From: Candidatus Micrarchaeota archaeon
GTDB lineage: Archaea > Micrarchaeota > Micrarchaeia > Micrarchaeales > CABMGC01
Assembly (NCBI GenBank): GCA_021797745.1
Contig: JAJZZD010000001.1
Coordinates: forward strand, 128,468-192,467
DNA: 64,000 bases
Direction of reading: 5' to 3'
The notes beneath the pieces were generated by a model. That model was not told the origin of the DNA. It did not search any database and saw nothing but the letters and a program-made list of their open reading frames with translations. Below, piece after piece: positions 9,437-17,989 of the stretch (position 1 is the stretch's first letter; every line of letters begins with the position of its first letter). A program made the translations under genes and the position numbers.

Positions 9437-10381
9437 TCACATCAAATAGCTAGAAAGGCTGTTGTTATCAATAGGCCGCGCATTGTATCCCCTTAATACC
9501 AAATTTCTTGCGAACATTTTTGCATTCTCTCCTTTTGTAAATATTAGTTTTGGATTGCATGCCTCAACATATTCGATAGCTTGTTTGAAATCGGCGTGGT
9601 CGCTTAGAGCAAACTGTACATCCGTGTCGAAAACAAAATATCTCGCCCATCCGGTAGCAACGGCAGTGAATATCCTCCTGCCATTTGCAGTCAGCCTTTC
9701 CTTTATCTTTCCTATTTTCGAACCCGCAAATATTCCAACGAAATTATTCCCACAGTTCAAGCTTTCGCTTTCGCAAACCGAATAATCCAGTTTTATACCA
9801 TGCTTTTCGTAAACTTTATTGACCAATTCAGTAAAAGGGTCAACAACCGGCTGTATTCCTACTTCGTTTAATATTTTTATGAGCTCCTGAGATCTCCCGA
9901 GCGAATATGCCTTGAAAATAACCGAACCTTTTTCCAATTTCATTTTCGCGTAGTGCTGAATGGATGTAACTGCATCATTCTTGTCTCCGAATTCTATTTC
10001 AGGGTTTGCATACGTGGAGTCCATTATTAAAGCATCAGTTTCTCTCATTTCTATCTTTTCAGCGAGCACAGGCTCATCCACTTGATAGTCGCCGCTGTAA
10101 GTCACCGTGTATCCATAAAGGTCGTTTTTGACAAAAAGCTGTTTTGAACCGAGCACATGGCCTGCATTCAGAAGAGTCACGCAATCAGGTTCATCAATCC
10201 GAATCAATCCTGATTTTCCCCGCGCCTCAAGTAGCTCTTTCGTTATCTCGCTCGTTATCAGTGTGCTGCCCCTTTTTATTCCTGAATAGTGGTCGCTGTG
10301 TGCGTGCGACACAAAATTCACATTAGACGCAGTTTCTTTGCCGTCAAGGGCAATGTTGTATTCTCCAGCCTGAAGAAACAT
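9437..10381 (-). CDS. Metallo-beta-lactamase fold hydrolase, beta-CASP-like nuclease candidate
   Basis: HAHSDHYSG (HxHxDH) near the N-terminus, plus later D/H motifs including LSDHADF, typical of beta-CASP motif C region. Confidence 0.7.
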   Translation of the reverse strand: MFLQAGEYNIALDGKETASNVNFVSHAHSDHYSGIKRGSTLITSEITKELLEARGKSGLIRIDEPDCVTLLNAGHVLGSKQLFVKNDLYGYTVTYSGDYQVDEPVLAEKIEMRETDALIMDSTYANPEIEFGDKNDAVTSIQHYAKMKLEKGSVIFKAYSLGRSQELIKILNEVGIQPVVDPFTELVNKVYEKHGIKLDYSVCESESLNCGNNFVGIFAGSKIGKIKERLTANGRRIFTAVATGWARYFVFDTDVQFALSDHADFKQAIEYVEACNPKLIFTKGENAKMFARNLVLRGYNARPIDNNSLSSYLM

Positions 10382-10451
10382 AGGGTCGCCAAGGAAAACA
10401 ACAACATCAAACTACTTAAATATTTGTACAAACAAAATAAATCAGATAGCG

Positions 10452-11372
10452 ATGACAGAAAACGTGATAATAATTGGTTCGGGTCCTGCCGGCCTCTCTG
10501 CGGCCATATATACTGCGCGAGAAGGTTTTTCGCCTCTAGTCATAGGCGGATTCGAGGCAGGTGGGCAGCTGGAGCTCACTTCGGTTGTAGAAAACATGCC
10601 AGGATTTCCAGAAGGTGTAAACGGGCCAGACCTGATAACTCTGATGCGCAAGCAGGCTGAGCGGTTCGGCGCAAGATTCATCGACCAGAACGTTACCTCA
10701 GTAAATTTCAAAATAAAACCGTTCAAAGTATATTCGGAGAACAACTCTTATGATGCAACATGCGTAATAGTGGCCACAGGCGCCAGCACAAAATGGTTGG
10801 GTATAGATTCAGAGAGAAAGTTCGTTGGCAAAGGGGTAAGCAGCTGCGCCACATGCGACGCGCCGCTGTTCAAAAACAAAAACGTGATAGTAGTGGGGGG
10901 CGGGGACACCGCACTCGAAGACGCGATTTTCCTGACAAGATTTGCAAAAAGCGTGACTGTGGTTCACCGGCGCGGAGAACTCAGAGCAAGCAAGATAATG
11001 CAGGATCACGCGTTCGCAAATCCTAAAATAACATTCACCTTCAATACAACATTAAAGGAAATCAAGGGAAATGGCACCGTTAATTCAGTCGTGCTTACAG
11101 ACACTACCTCAAACAAAGACAGGGAAATGGCCATAGACGGCGTTTTTATAGCAATAGGTCATGAGCCGAATTCAAGCGTTTTTCGTGGACAGCTCACAGT
11201 TGACGACCAGGGCTACATAGTCACGAAGGACGAGGTAAAAACTGAGATAGATGGAATTTACGTAGCAGGGGACGTTGCCGACAGGGTGTACAAACAGGCG
11301 GGCACTGCGAGCGGTAGCGGGATAAAAGCTGCGCTTGAGGTAAGGTCTTACCTATCGAGGCTGCAGAAATAA
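10452..11372 (+). CDS. trxB: Thioredoxin reductase
   Basis: GSGPAGLSAAIY FAD motif, redox-active CATCD, second dinucleotide motif VVGGGDTALEDA, C-terminal GDV motif. Confidence 0.9.
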   Translation: MTENVIIIGSGPAGLSAAIYTAREGFSPLVIGGFEAGGQLELTSVVENMPGFPEGVNGPDLITLMRKQAERFGARFIDQNVTSVNFKIKPFKVYSENNSYDATCVIVATGASTKWLGIDSERKFVGKGVSSCATCDAPLFKNKNVIVVGGGDTALEDAIFLTRFAKSVTVVHRRGELRASKIMQDHAFANPKITFTFNTTLKEIKGNGTVNSVVLTDTTSNKDREMAIDGVFIAIGHEPNSSVFRGQLTVDDQGYIVTKDEVKTEIDGIYVAGDVADRVYKQAGTASGSGIKAALEVRSYLSRLQK

Positions 11373-11375
11373 TAT

Positions 11376-12449
11376 TCACTTTTCGAACTGCCCGATTTTT
11401 TTCTGGCCCTTATAGTTAGTAAGGTTAGAAACCCTTATGCCTACTTTCCTGACAAATTCACCGTTTTCATAATACTTAGAAAAAAGCACTATGGCAGTGT
11501 TGATTATGTCATCCTGACTGTCTGAAGCCCTTGCCAAGCTTTTGCTTTTCATGTGTTCTTCAAAATTCGAGTAGCGTATCTTAACAGTCACAACCCTGAA
11601 AGCAAACCCTGATTTTTCTACTTCATCGTGCACCTCCTTGCCGATTTCCCTGAGCGTTTTAATGATCTGACCTGTGTCGGCGGTGTTTTCGTAGAAAGTC
11701 CTTTCCCTGCCTATTGATTTTACCTCATAGTTCTCCTGTACCTCGCTTTCGTCTATTGCATTCGCATTCTTGTGCAGTTCTATCCCGTATGCGCCGAATG
11801 CGTCCATGATACTCATCAGATTCGCATTTGCAAGCTGGCCTATTGTGGCATAGCCCATCGATGCCAGCTTTTCCGCAGTTTTTTTGCCTACGCCATACAT
11901 GTCATTTACTGGCATTTCCTCTATGAATTTCTTCGCTTCATTTTCGCTTACGTACATTATGCCGTTGGGCTTCGCAGCATTGCATGCCATTTTTGCAATC
12001 AGCTTGTTAGGCCCTATTCCTACTGAACATGGGAGATTCAGTGTGTCTTTCACCTTGTTCTTCACAATTTCAGCGAGCGCACGTGCGCCTTTTTCTCCGT
12101 CTGCGCGTTTAGACACGTCCACGAAAGCCTCATCTATGCTAACCTGCTCGAATTTGTCGGCGTTTTCCTTTATTATTTCCATTACTTTTTTTGACATTTC
12201 CTCGTAATATTCAAAATCAGGAAGGACGTAAAAAGCATCGGGCTTTATCCTGTACGCCATTGATATCGGCATGCCGCTCTTCAGGCCATATTTCCGCGCT
12301 TCGTAGTTGCATGTGTATACAACTCCACGTCCTGCGCCATTCTTGGGATCCGCACCCACAACAAGCGGCTTTCCCTTAAGCTCAGGCCTGCGTAGCTCCT
12401 CGCAGGCCGCGTAGAAATAATCCATGTCTACTAGCATTATGATTCTCAT
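11376..12449 (-). CDS. dinB: Y-family DNA polymerase IV (Dpo4/DinB type)
   Basis: N-terminus MRIIMLVDMDYFYAACEE matches the Dpo4 start. Also has SIDEAF and a helix-hairpin-helix region GVGKKTAEKL. ATG 12449 chosen over the upstream ATG 12464. Confidence 0.9.
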   Translation of the reverse strand: MRIIMLVDMDYFYAACEELRRPELKGKPLVVGADPKNGAGRGVVYTCNYEARKYGLKSGMPISMAYRIKPDAFYVLPDFEYYEEMSKKVMEIIKENADKFEQVSIDEAFVDVSKRADGEKGARALAEIVKNKVKDTLNLPCSVGIGPNKLIAKMACNAAKPNGIMYVSENEAKKFIEEMPVNDMYGVGKKTAEKLASMGYATIGQLANANLMSIMDAFGAYGIELHKNANAIDESEVQENYEVKSIGRERTFYENTADTGQIIKTLREIGKEVHDEVEKSGFAFRVVTVKIRYSNFEEHMKSKSLARASDSQDDIINTAIVLFSKYYENGEFVRKVGIRVSNLTNYKGQKKIGQFEK

Positions 12450-12481
12450 GTTTATTGCTTTCATTTTGTTTTCGCATCTGT

Positions 12482-13114
12482 TTATAACTGTTCGAGCCTG
12501 ACCTCCTCCACATCTCCGCCTGGCGTTTTTTCTCTGAATATCTGCGTTGAAAAATGGTACAGGCTAACCCCTTCGCGCCTCCACATATCTTTTGGCAGGC
12601 CTGCCTTAAGGCATACATTTTCCAGGAATTCGATTGGGCCGAATTTTTCCTCAACAGCGACAATAGGCAGCAGGATACCCTTGTGATAACCATATTCTAT
12701 TATCAATCCGTCAATGCCTATCCTTATTTTCTTCTTTATTTCGTCTGCAGTTCCCCTAAGCCTTTCAGGCCTTGAAAGTATGCTGACTTCTACTATTATG
12801 TCATCGAGTTCTCTTGCCGATACCGGAACGAAACGAGGGTCTTCGCTCGCTGCCGCAAGCGCTGCTTCGACAAGAAGGTTTTTCATCGGCTTTATGCCTT
12901 CGATGAAGCCTATGCATCCTCTAAGCGAACCGGTCTGATAGTTGTTTAAGGTAACGAACACTCCGTAAGACTGCGAGAATTTTTCCCTTTCAAGAGTGCC
13001 TTCTATGACGCTGTTCCTGAAGTTAGGCGATTTTGTCCAGAGGTCTATCGTATGCCTTGCTGCCTTTACCAGCTCGACGCCCTCTGCCAAAGTATATGCT
13101 TTCATGCCAAACAC
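12482..13114 (-). CDS. AMMECR1 domain protein
   Basis: LRGCIGF core motif and overall length of about 200 aa. Confidence 0.8.
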   Translation of the reverse strand: MFGMKAYTLAEGVELVKAARHTIDLWTKSPNFRNSVIEGTLEREKFSQSYGVFVTLNNYQTGSLRGCIGFIEGIKPMKNLLVEAALAAASEDPRFVPVSARELDDIIVEVSILSRPERLRGTADEIKKKIRIGIDGLIIEYGYHKGILLPIVAVEEKFGPIEFLENVCLKAGLPKDMWRREGVSLYHFSTQIFREKTPGGDVEEVRLEQL

Positions 13115-13193
13115 AAAGACAATATTTAAATAATCATTTCAAGGTATTAAATACTTTAGCCGCAAATTAAATGCGCTAGCTAGCGATGGTTTA

Positions 13194-13865
13194 ATGGCAA
13201 GCATTTTGCTCTCAGACATAAAAGACGTTTTCGTAAAAGATTCGAAGGATGTCTCTGAATACGTAGCCGAATCTATTAGGAACATATACGGGGTAATCGC
13301 AAGCGTTAATCTGGAAAAATATAAGGGCATGACAGCGCAGGAAACTGCAGAGGCGATTCTGAAGGAAAACGGAATACCTCAGAACGAGATAGACGCAAAG
13401 CTGAAAAGATACACTGAAGATTTGTTTTATACTTATTACAATGTAACCGGGCATGACAAACAGATCCTTGTCGACGGGGCATCTGAGCTTCTAAAATGGC
13501 TCGGCGAGAAAAAAACTGCCCTGGGCATAGCGACCGGCGAGGCAGAGCGCATAGCGAAGTTCAGGCTCGAGAAAACTAACCTGAGCCAGTATTTCAAGTT
13601 CGGCGCTTTCGGAGGTGACGCAAAGACAAACAGGGAAATAATCTCAACTGCTGTTGAAAAAGCCAGGCAGACGTTTGGAAATTCGAACAAGATATTTTTG
13701 CTATCTGCATCAAAACCAGCAATCTCCGAAGCTAAATCGTTGGACATAAAGACAATAGGCATTACCGGCGTATTTTCTAGTGATGAATTAATTGCAGCTG
13801 GCTCTGATACGGTCATTAGCGGCCTGAGCGAAAAAGGGAAGGTGTTCAGCCTGCTGGAAAAATAA
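13194..13865 (+). CDS. HAD-like superfamily protein with degenerate catalytic motifs
   Basis: Overall PGMB/phosphoglycolate phosphatase-like layout (cap helices, GIATG motif II). Motif I reads SDIKD rather than DxDxT, and no clear GDxxxD motif IV. Confidence 0.5.
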   Translation: MASILLSDIKDVFVKDSKDVSEYVAESIRNIYGVIASVNLEKYKGMTAQETAEAILKENGIPQNEIDAKLKRYTEDLFYTYYNVTGHDKQILVDGASELLKWLGEKKTALGIATGEAERIAKFRLEKTNLSQYFKFGAFGGDAKTNREIISTAVEKARQTFGNSNKIFLLSASKPAISEAKSLDIKTIGITGVFSSDELIAAGSDTVISGLSEKGKVFSLLEK

Positions 13866-14002
13866 AACAGCCATTTCTTTAAGCGCCCTTAGCCCGAAAG
13901 TTCTGTATTCTTTCCAATCATATACTTTGGGAGCGACTGTTCTTTTTCATGGCTTTTTTTCATAGATTAACTGAACATGCGAATGCTGCATTATGCGGCA
14001 TA

Positions 14003-14010
14003 TTTATATT
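14003..14010 (+). promoter_or_regulatory. TATA box candidate upstream of the Cys-rich small ORF
   Basis: tttatatt centred about 26 nt upstream of ATG 14032. Same spacing as several other first genes in this window, consistent with leaderless transcripts. Confidence 0.45.
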
Positions 14011-14031
14011 TTTTGACGCGTCATTATCCAC

Positions 14032-14154
14032 ATGGCTAAGAAAATGAAAAAAACAAAGACCGGAAAGCATGAAGATGAGTGCTGCATGAACTGCTGCAGC
14101 TGCTGCGGCTGCCGCAGTGAAAAAAAGATGAAGTGTGGTTGCGACTGCTGCTGA
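14032..14154 (+). CDS. Cysteine-rich small protein (40 aa, 11 Cys), metallothionein-like
   Basis: Hand translation gives MAKKMKKTKTGKHEDECCMNCCSCCGCRSEKKMKCGCDCC*. ATG start, TGA stop and a TATA box at about -26. Below the ORF-track length cut-off. Confidence 0.5.
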   Translation: MAKKMKKTKTGKHEDECCMNCCSCCGCRSEKKMKCGCDCC

Positions 14155-14216
14155 AAACCCCGCATTGACAAGTCAGTGCCGCTTTCAAAACAGCTATGCT
14201 GCGCATTTTTCCGAAA

Positions 14217-14323
14217 TGGGCCCGAGGAGATTTGAACTCCTGACCTCTCGATTTCCGAATTGATTAAACCTTTTCAAAAGTTTATATCAGTCGAGCGCTC
14301 CAACCAGGCTAAGCTACGAGCCC
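14217..14323 (-). tRNA. tRNA-Ile(GAU): tRNA-Ile (anticodon GAU) with a 32 nt intron at the canonical 37/38 position
   Basis: Hand fold: acceptor GGGCUCG/CGGGCCC, D stem GCUU/GAGC, anticodon stem CUCGA/UCGAG with loop CU-GAU-A[intron]A, T arm AGGAG-UUCAAAU-CUCCU, discriminator A. Confidence 0.85.
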
Positions 14324-14363
14324 ACTGCAGATATATGCACATCTGTGTTTTTATTGTTTCAGT

Positions 14364-15341
14364 TTATTGTGCTGTCGTATTTCCTGCGTCTTTTGTGATC
14401 AGCAGCGACAATTCTCTGAAATCACTCAGCATAAGTTTCAAAATGGATTTGAATCTTAGCGCGGCTGCGGGATGAAACGTCAGGAAATATTTCGTGCCGT
14501 TTTTCTCCACTGTTTTTCCGTGCATTTTCGTGATATTTCCTATTCCCAGCACCTCTGTGCTGGCTACATTTCCTAGCAGAACCACATACTTAGGCTTAAT
14601 CAGCTCCATCTGCATTTTCAGGAAGGGCGCGCATAGGTTTATTTCATCCCGTGTCGGCATTCTGTTCTTTGGCGGGAAGAACTGTACGACACTGGTTATG
14701 TACGCTTCATTTCTCTTTATCCTCGAGGCCTTCAGTATCCTATCTAGAAGCTGGCCGCTTCTGCCTACAAACGGCCTTCTCTGCATGTCTTCGTTTGCCC
14801 CAGGAGCCTGACCGAGCAGCATTATCTCGGCGCTCAGTGAGCCTTCTCCAGGAACGAATGTCCTGCTTAAATTCCACCATTTTTCCTTTTTCGGCAACCC
14901 TGCGTATTCCTTGTTTATCTCCTTGATTTTTTCATACCTGTGTATGTAATCAAAAACCTCAGGCAGCACGTCCTTGATGTTCTTGTACTTTATTTTCTCC
15001 ATCGCCTGGTCCATGCTGAGCCATTCATAGCCGGTGTGCTCATGAGATATCTTTATGCGCTTCTCATCTGTTTCGGCGAGGAAAAACTTCACAGTTTTCA
15101 TTATCTTTTCCTTATTTCTGTAGAAAAACATTTTTACAGTTTTTAGGAATCCTGGCACGAAAGAAACAGAAAGTCCGGTTTCTTCTCTTACTTCCCTTCT
15201 GGCAGTTTCCTCGGCGCGCTCGCCTTTTTCAAAATGTCCTTTAGGAGTGTCATAATCATTTCCACGTTTCAGAAACAAAAGCAGCGCGTGACCGTTTTCT
15301 ATCCTGTAAACGAAAGCCCCGGCGGAAAATTCGAATTTCAT
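14364..15341 (-). CDS. Fusion protein: N-terminal Nudix hydrolase plus C-terminal family 4-like uracil-DNA glycosylase
   Basis: Nudix box GHFEKGERAEETARREVREETGL. UDG motifs VPGEGSLSAEIMLLGQAPGANED..PFVGRSGQLLD and FHPAAALR. Confidence 0.85.
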   Translation of the reverse strand: MKFEFSAGAFVYRIENGHALLLFLKRGNDYDTPKGHFEKGERAEETARREVREETGLSVSFVPGFLKTVKMFFYRNKEKIMKTVKFFLAETDEKRIKISHEHTGYEWLSMDQAMEKIKYKNIKDVLPEVFDYIHRYEKIKEINKEYAGLPKKEKWWNLSRTFVPGEGSLSAEIMLLGQAPGANEDMQRRPFVGRSGQLLDRILKASRIKRNEAYITSVVQFFPPKNRMPTRDEINLCAPFLKMQMELIKPKYVVLLGNVASTEVLGIGNITKMHGKTVEKNGTKYFLTFHPAAALRFKSILKLMLSDFRELSLLITKDAGNTTAQ

Positions 15342-16876
15342 ACATTTACCAGTTTTTCAGCAATGCAGTATCCTGCAATTATTTTTCGGTTCTCGGTTGA
15401 GTTGTAATTGGAAGGATTGAATATGTTGGAAATTGAAGTATAAAATCCGTCATAGCTGCCGCATTGACCGTTTCCTACGTAAGCATCAGGGATCAATACA
15501 GTAATGCCTACTACCGAGTATGTCGTGTTTTGCAAAAGCACAGGCGCACCTATGCTATACACAATGAATTCCGTGCCATTTGAATAAATGTCCATCACCT
15601 GCGATGCGAATCCTTTGCTGTCGAAGAATGACAGCGTGCCTTTTACCTCATCGCTCCCGTTAAGAACCTTCGATAAAATGTTTCCTTTGCTTGACATTAA
15701 AACCTCTATCGGCTCTGACGAATTGACGCTTGCGTTCGCGAGGAACAGCACGGCAGACGCGCCGTTATTCGCTATTGCTGCCGTAGAATTGAATCCCGAG
15801 GTATTGACAAGGCCGAAGGCAGAATTTTGCTGGCTGAATTTGCTGAAATTCAGCTGTGCATAATTATACAGATATATCGGGGATATGTTGTCGGCGCTGG
15901 AGTAAGAAAGCGTAAGCAGGAAATAAACTATGCTGAAAGCAAATGCCGCGGAAACTAATGCATACATAGACTTCGTGAAGTTGATGCCACTTGCTGCTTT
16001 TTTCCTGTTCTTGGTTTTTAATTTTTCTATTTCCAAGCCGTATTTGCCTGCGACAATAATCATGATTGCAATCGCTAGGTAGAAAAGTATCTGGCCGATG
16101 AAAAGGTGTATCACAATCAGGGTGCTGTTGGGACCGTTTGCTAGCCAGTAATATGCAATGAACAGCATGCGGAGAATGTTGAAAAGCAGAAGCAAAAGCA
16201 CGCCGCTCACTATCCAAAGCAACTTGCGCTTCAGCGTTCCCCTGAAGAGATACGCCATTGGAATCAGGAACGCTGCAATGGCAAGGAATGCGCCTATGCT
16301 AACGCACGTTTCGCCTATGCCTATTGCATATGCAGGAGTGCTGAGAGTTATCGGTGGTGCATAAGATACTGTGCTAACGAACGGCTTTATCAAGCCGTAT
16401 ACTATTTCGGTATTCACCGCAGAAAAGCCGTTGTATGCGTTTATTATGGGAGCAAACAGGAGCGGAGAGGCTAGCACTGGGTAAATTATCAACACCGCGA
16501 ACCTGCGCAGATTCACGATGCCGAACAGCATCATGGCCAATGACGCTATTGCAATCGGGAACAAAAGCATGTCTATCCTGTAGCTTATGAACCAGAACGA
16601 TAGCGACAGTCGGAGGTAAAGAAATAGAAGAATGAACAGGGCGAAGAGCGCAATACCTATTTTTAGCGATTTTCTGTCAGGTGAAGGCGTGAGCTTTTCC
16701 TTGACCATGAACAGGCACAGAAGCGGAAGCATCAAAATGGGCACTATGACATAGGTCGACGGGTCAGTGTCGAGTATCTGCAATTGCGTTATAAAGAAAG
16801 AGCTTGCGAGCATTATTGTTATGCATAGCGCGAGCACCAGTATCGCAACATTGCCTGTGTACTTCATATATTTCAC
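15338..16876 (-). CDS. Exosortase/archaeosortase family membrane protein with a ~190 aa C-terminal extracytoplasmic extension
   Basis: Polytopic N-terminal 300 aa carrying candidate Cys-Arg-His triad contexts GETCVSIG, FNILRMLF and VIHLFIGQILF. The stop codon overlaps the start of the downstream Nudix-UDG gene (ATGA). Confidence 0.55.
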   Translation of the reverse strand: MKYMKYTGNVAILVLALCITIMLASSFFITQLQILDTDPSTYVIVPILMLPLLCLFMVKEKLTPSPDRKSLKIGIALFALFILLFLYLRLSLSFWFISYRIDMLLFPIAIASLAMMLFGIVNLRRFAVLIIYPVLASPLLFAPIINAYNGFSAVNTEIVYGLIKPFVSTVSYAPPITLSTPAYAIGIGETCVSIGAFLAIAAFLIPMAYLFRGTLKRKLLWIVSGVLLLLLFNILRMLFIAYYWLANGPNSTLIVIHLFIGQILFYLAIAIMIIVAGKYGLEIEKLKTKNRKKAASGINFTKSMYALVSAAFAFSIVYFLLTLSYSSADNISPIYLYNYAQLNFSKFSQQNSAFGLVNTSGFNSTAAIANNGASAVLFLANASVNSSEPIEVLMSSKGNILSKVLNGSDEVKGTLSFFDSKGFASQVMDIYSNGTEFIVYSIGAPVLLQNTTYSVVGITVLIPDAYVGNGQCGSYDGFYTSISNIFNPSNYNSTENRKIIAGYCIAEKLVNV

Positions 16877-16965
16877 AAAGCTCTTTTGTCCTCAGCCGAT
16901 ATAGACTTCATCACATATCAGTAGTTACTCTGTTCTTCACAGGACCTTATTACAAAGTTTTACAG

Positions 16966-16975
16966 CTATATATAG
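16966..16975 (+). promoter_or_regulatory. TATA box candidate for the archease gene
   Basis: ctatatatag centred about 27 nt upstream of ATG 16997. Confidence 0.45.
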
Positions 16976-16996
16976 TTTTTCGCATGATTTCTAAAC

Positions 16997-17437
16997 ATGC
17001 TAAAGAAACCCTTCAGGTATCTGCCGCATACCGCCGACGCTAAATTCGTAGCATACGGCAGCAGCTTCAAGATTGCTTTGGAAAACGCAGCGCTCGCCAT
17101 GCTCGGCATAATGTTTGAAACTGATAAAATCAAAAACAGCAAACTTTCCTCAAAAAGCGTTGCATTAAAAGAAGCCGCGCATTCGAAAGAAGACCTAGTG
17201 TGGTACACTTTGCAGGGCATTCTGTCTAAAGCCGACGAACTGTCACTGCATGCATATGCTTTCCGTGTCGCAAAACTCGAAGAAAGAAAGGACACGCTGC
17301 GGCTTTCTGGTTTTCTTTTGTACAAAAATGTCGGTGACAAGTTTTCGCTGATGGACATAAAAGCGATAACGCCGCACGAGCTTTCAGTGATAAATAAAAA
17401 TGGGCGTTTCGAGATTACAGTGGTGGCGGATGTTTAG
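16997..17437 (+). CDS. Archease (RtcB tRNA ligase activator family)
   Basis: N-terminal YLPHTADAKFVAYG motif and ~146 aa length typical of archease. Confidence 0.85.
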   Translation: MLKKPFRYLPHTADAKFVAYGSSFKIALENAALAMLGIMFETDKIKNSKLSSKSVALKEAAHSKEDLVWYTLQGILSKADELSLHAYAFRVAKLEERKDTLRLSGFLLYKNVGDKFSLMDIKAITPHELSVINKNGRFEITVVADV

Positions 17438-17458
17438 TGTGAAATAAGATGACGCGAT

Positions 17459-17989
17459 ATGAAATTCGGCAATTTTGATATCGAAATAAGGCTTGCACGC
17501 AGTAAAGATGCTGCGGGGATAGTGACCCACTGGAACGAGAACTTCAAAAGAGGTTTCAGCAAATATGCGGGGACTAACAGGCCCAGAAACAAAATAGATG
17601 CCAGACAATTAAGCAAATCCTTGGCGCTGAAAAAGAAAAACGATTTCGTATTTATTGCGATTGACAGGAAGGCTAAGAAAGTGATTGGCACATCCAATTT
17701 TTCAGCCAGAGATAAAGGCAGGACCAGGCATCGCGGCGGAATGAGCTGGGAAATAAACTACAGATACGCAAGGTTAGGCATAGGCACAGCTTTGGTCAAG
17801 GCGATTCTTGAAGAAGCAAAGAGACGTGGCTTCAAAAAGGCGCAAGCAGAAGTCGCAGTCGAAAATACGGCAAGTTTAAAGCTAGCAAAAAACTGCGGCT
17901 TCATGATAGAAGGCAGGAGGAAAATAGGCATGCTTCTCGACGACGGTAGATATGTAGATACGTATACTTTCGGTAAGGTGCTGAAATAG
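17459..17989 (+). CDS. GNAT family N-acetyltransferase
   Basis: Acetyl-CoA binding region RLGIGTALVKAILEEAKRRGF and downstream ENTASLKLAKNCGF. Confidence 0.8.
   Translation: MKFGNFDIEIRLARSKDAAGIVTHWNENFKRGFSKYAGTNRPRNKIDARQLSKSLALKKKNDFVFIAIDRKAKKVIGTSNFSARDKGRTRHRGGMSWEINYRYARLGIGTALVKAILEEAKRRGFKKAQAEVAVENTASLKLAKNCGFMIEGRRKIGMLLDDGRYVDTYTFGKVLK

Noticed and set aside
9077-9453. Two overlapping plus-strand ORFs (63 and 79 aa) in the long gap
   Set aside because: They have no promoter or SD context, unusual composition and no motif. The region is kept only as a low-interest observation.
14260-14475. 71 aa ORF on the plus strand
   Set aside because: It overlaps the intron-containing tRNA-Ile and the 3' end of the Nudix-UDG gene.
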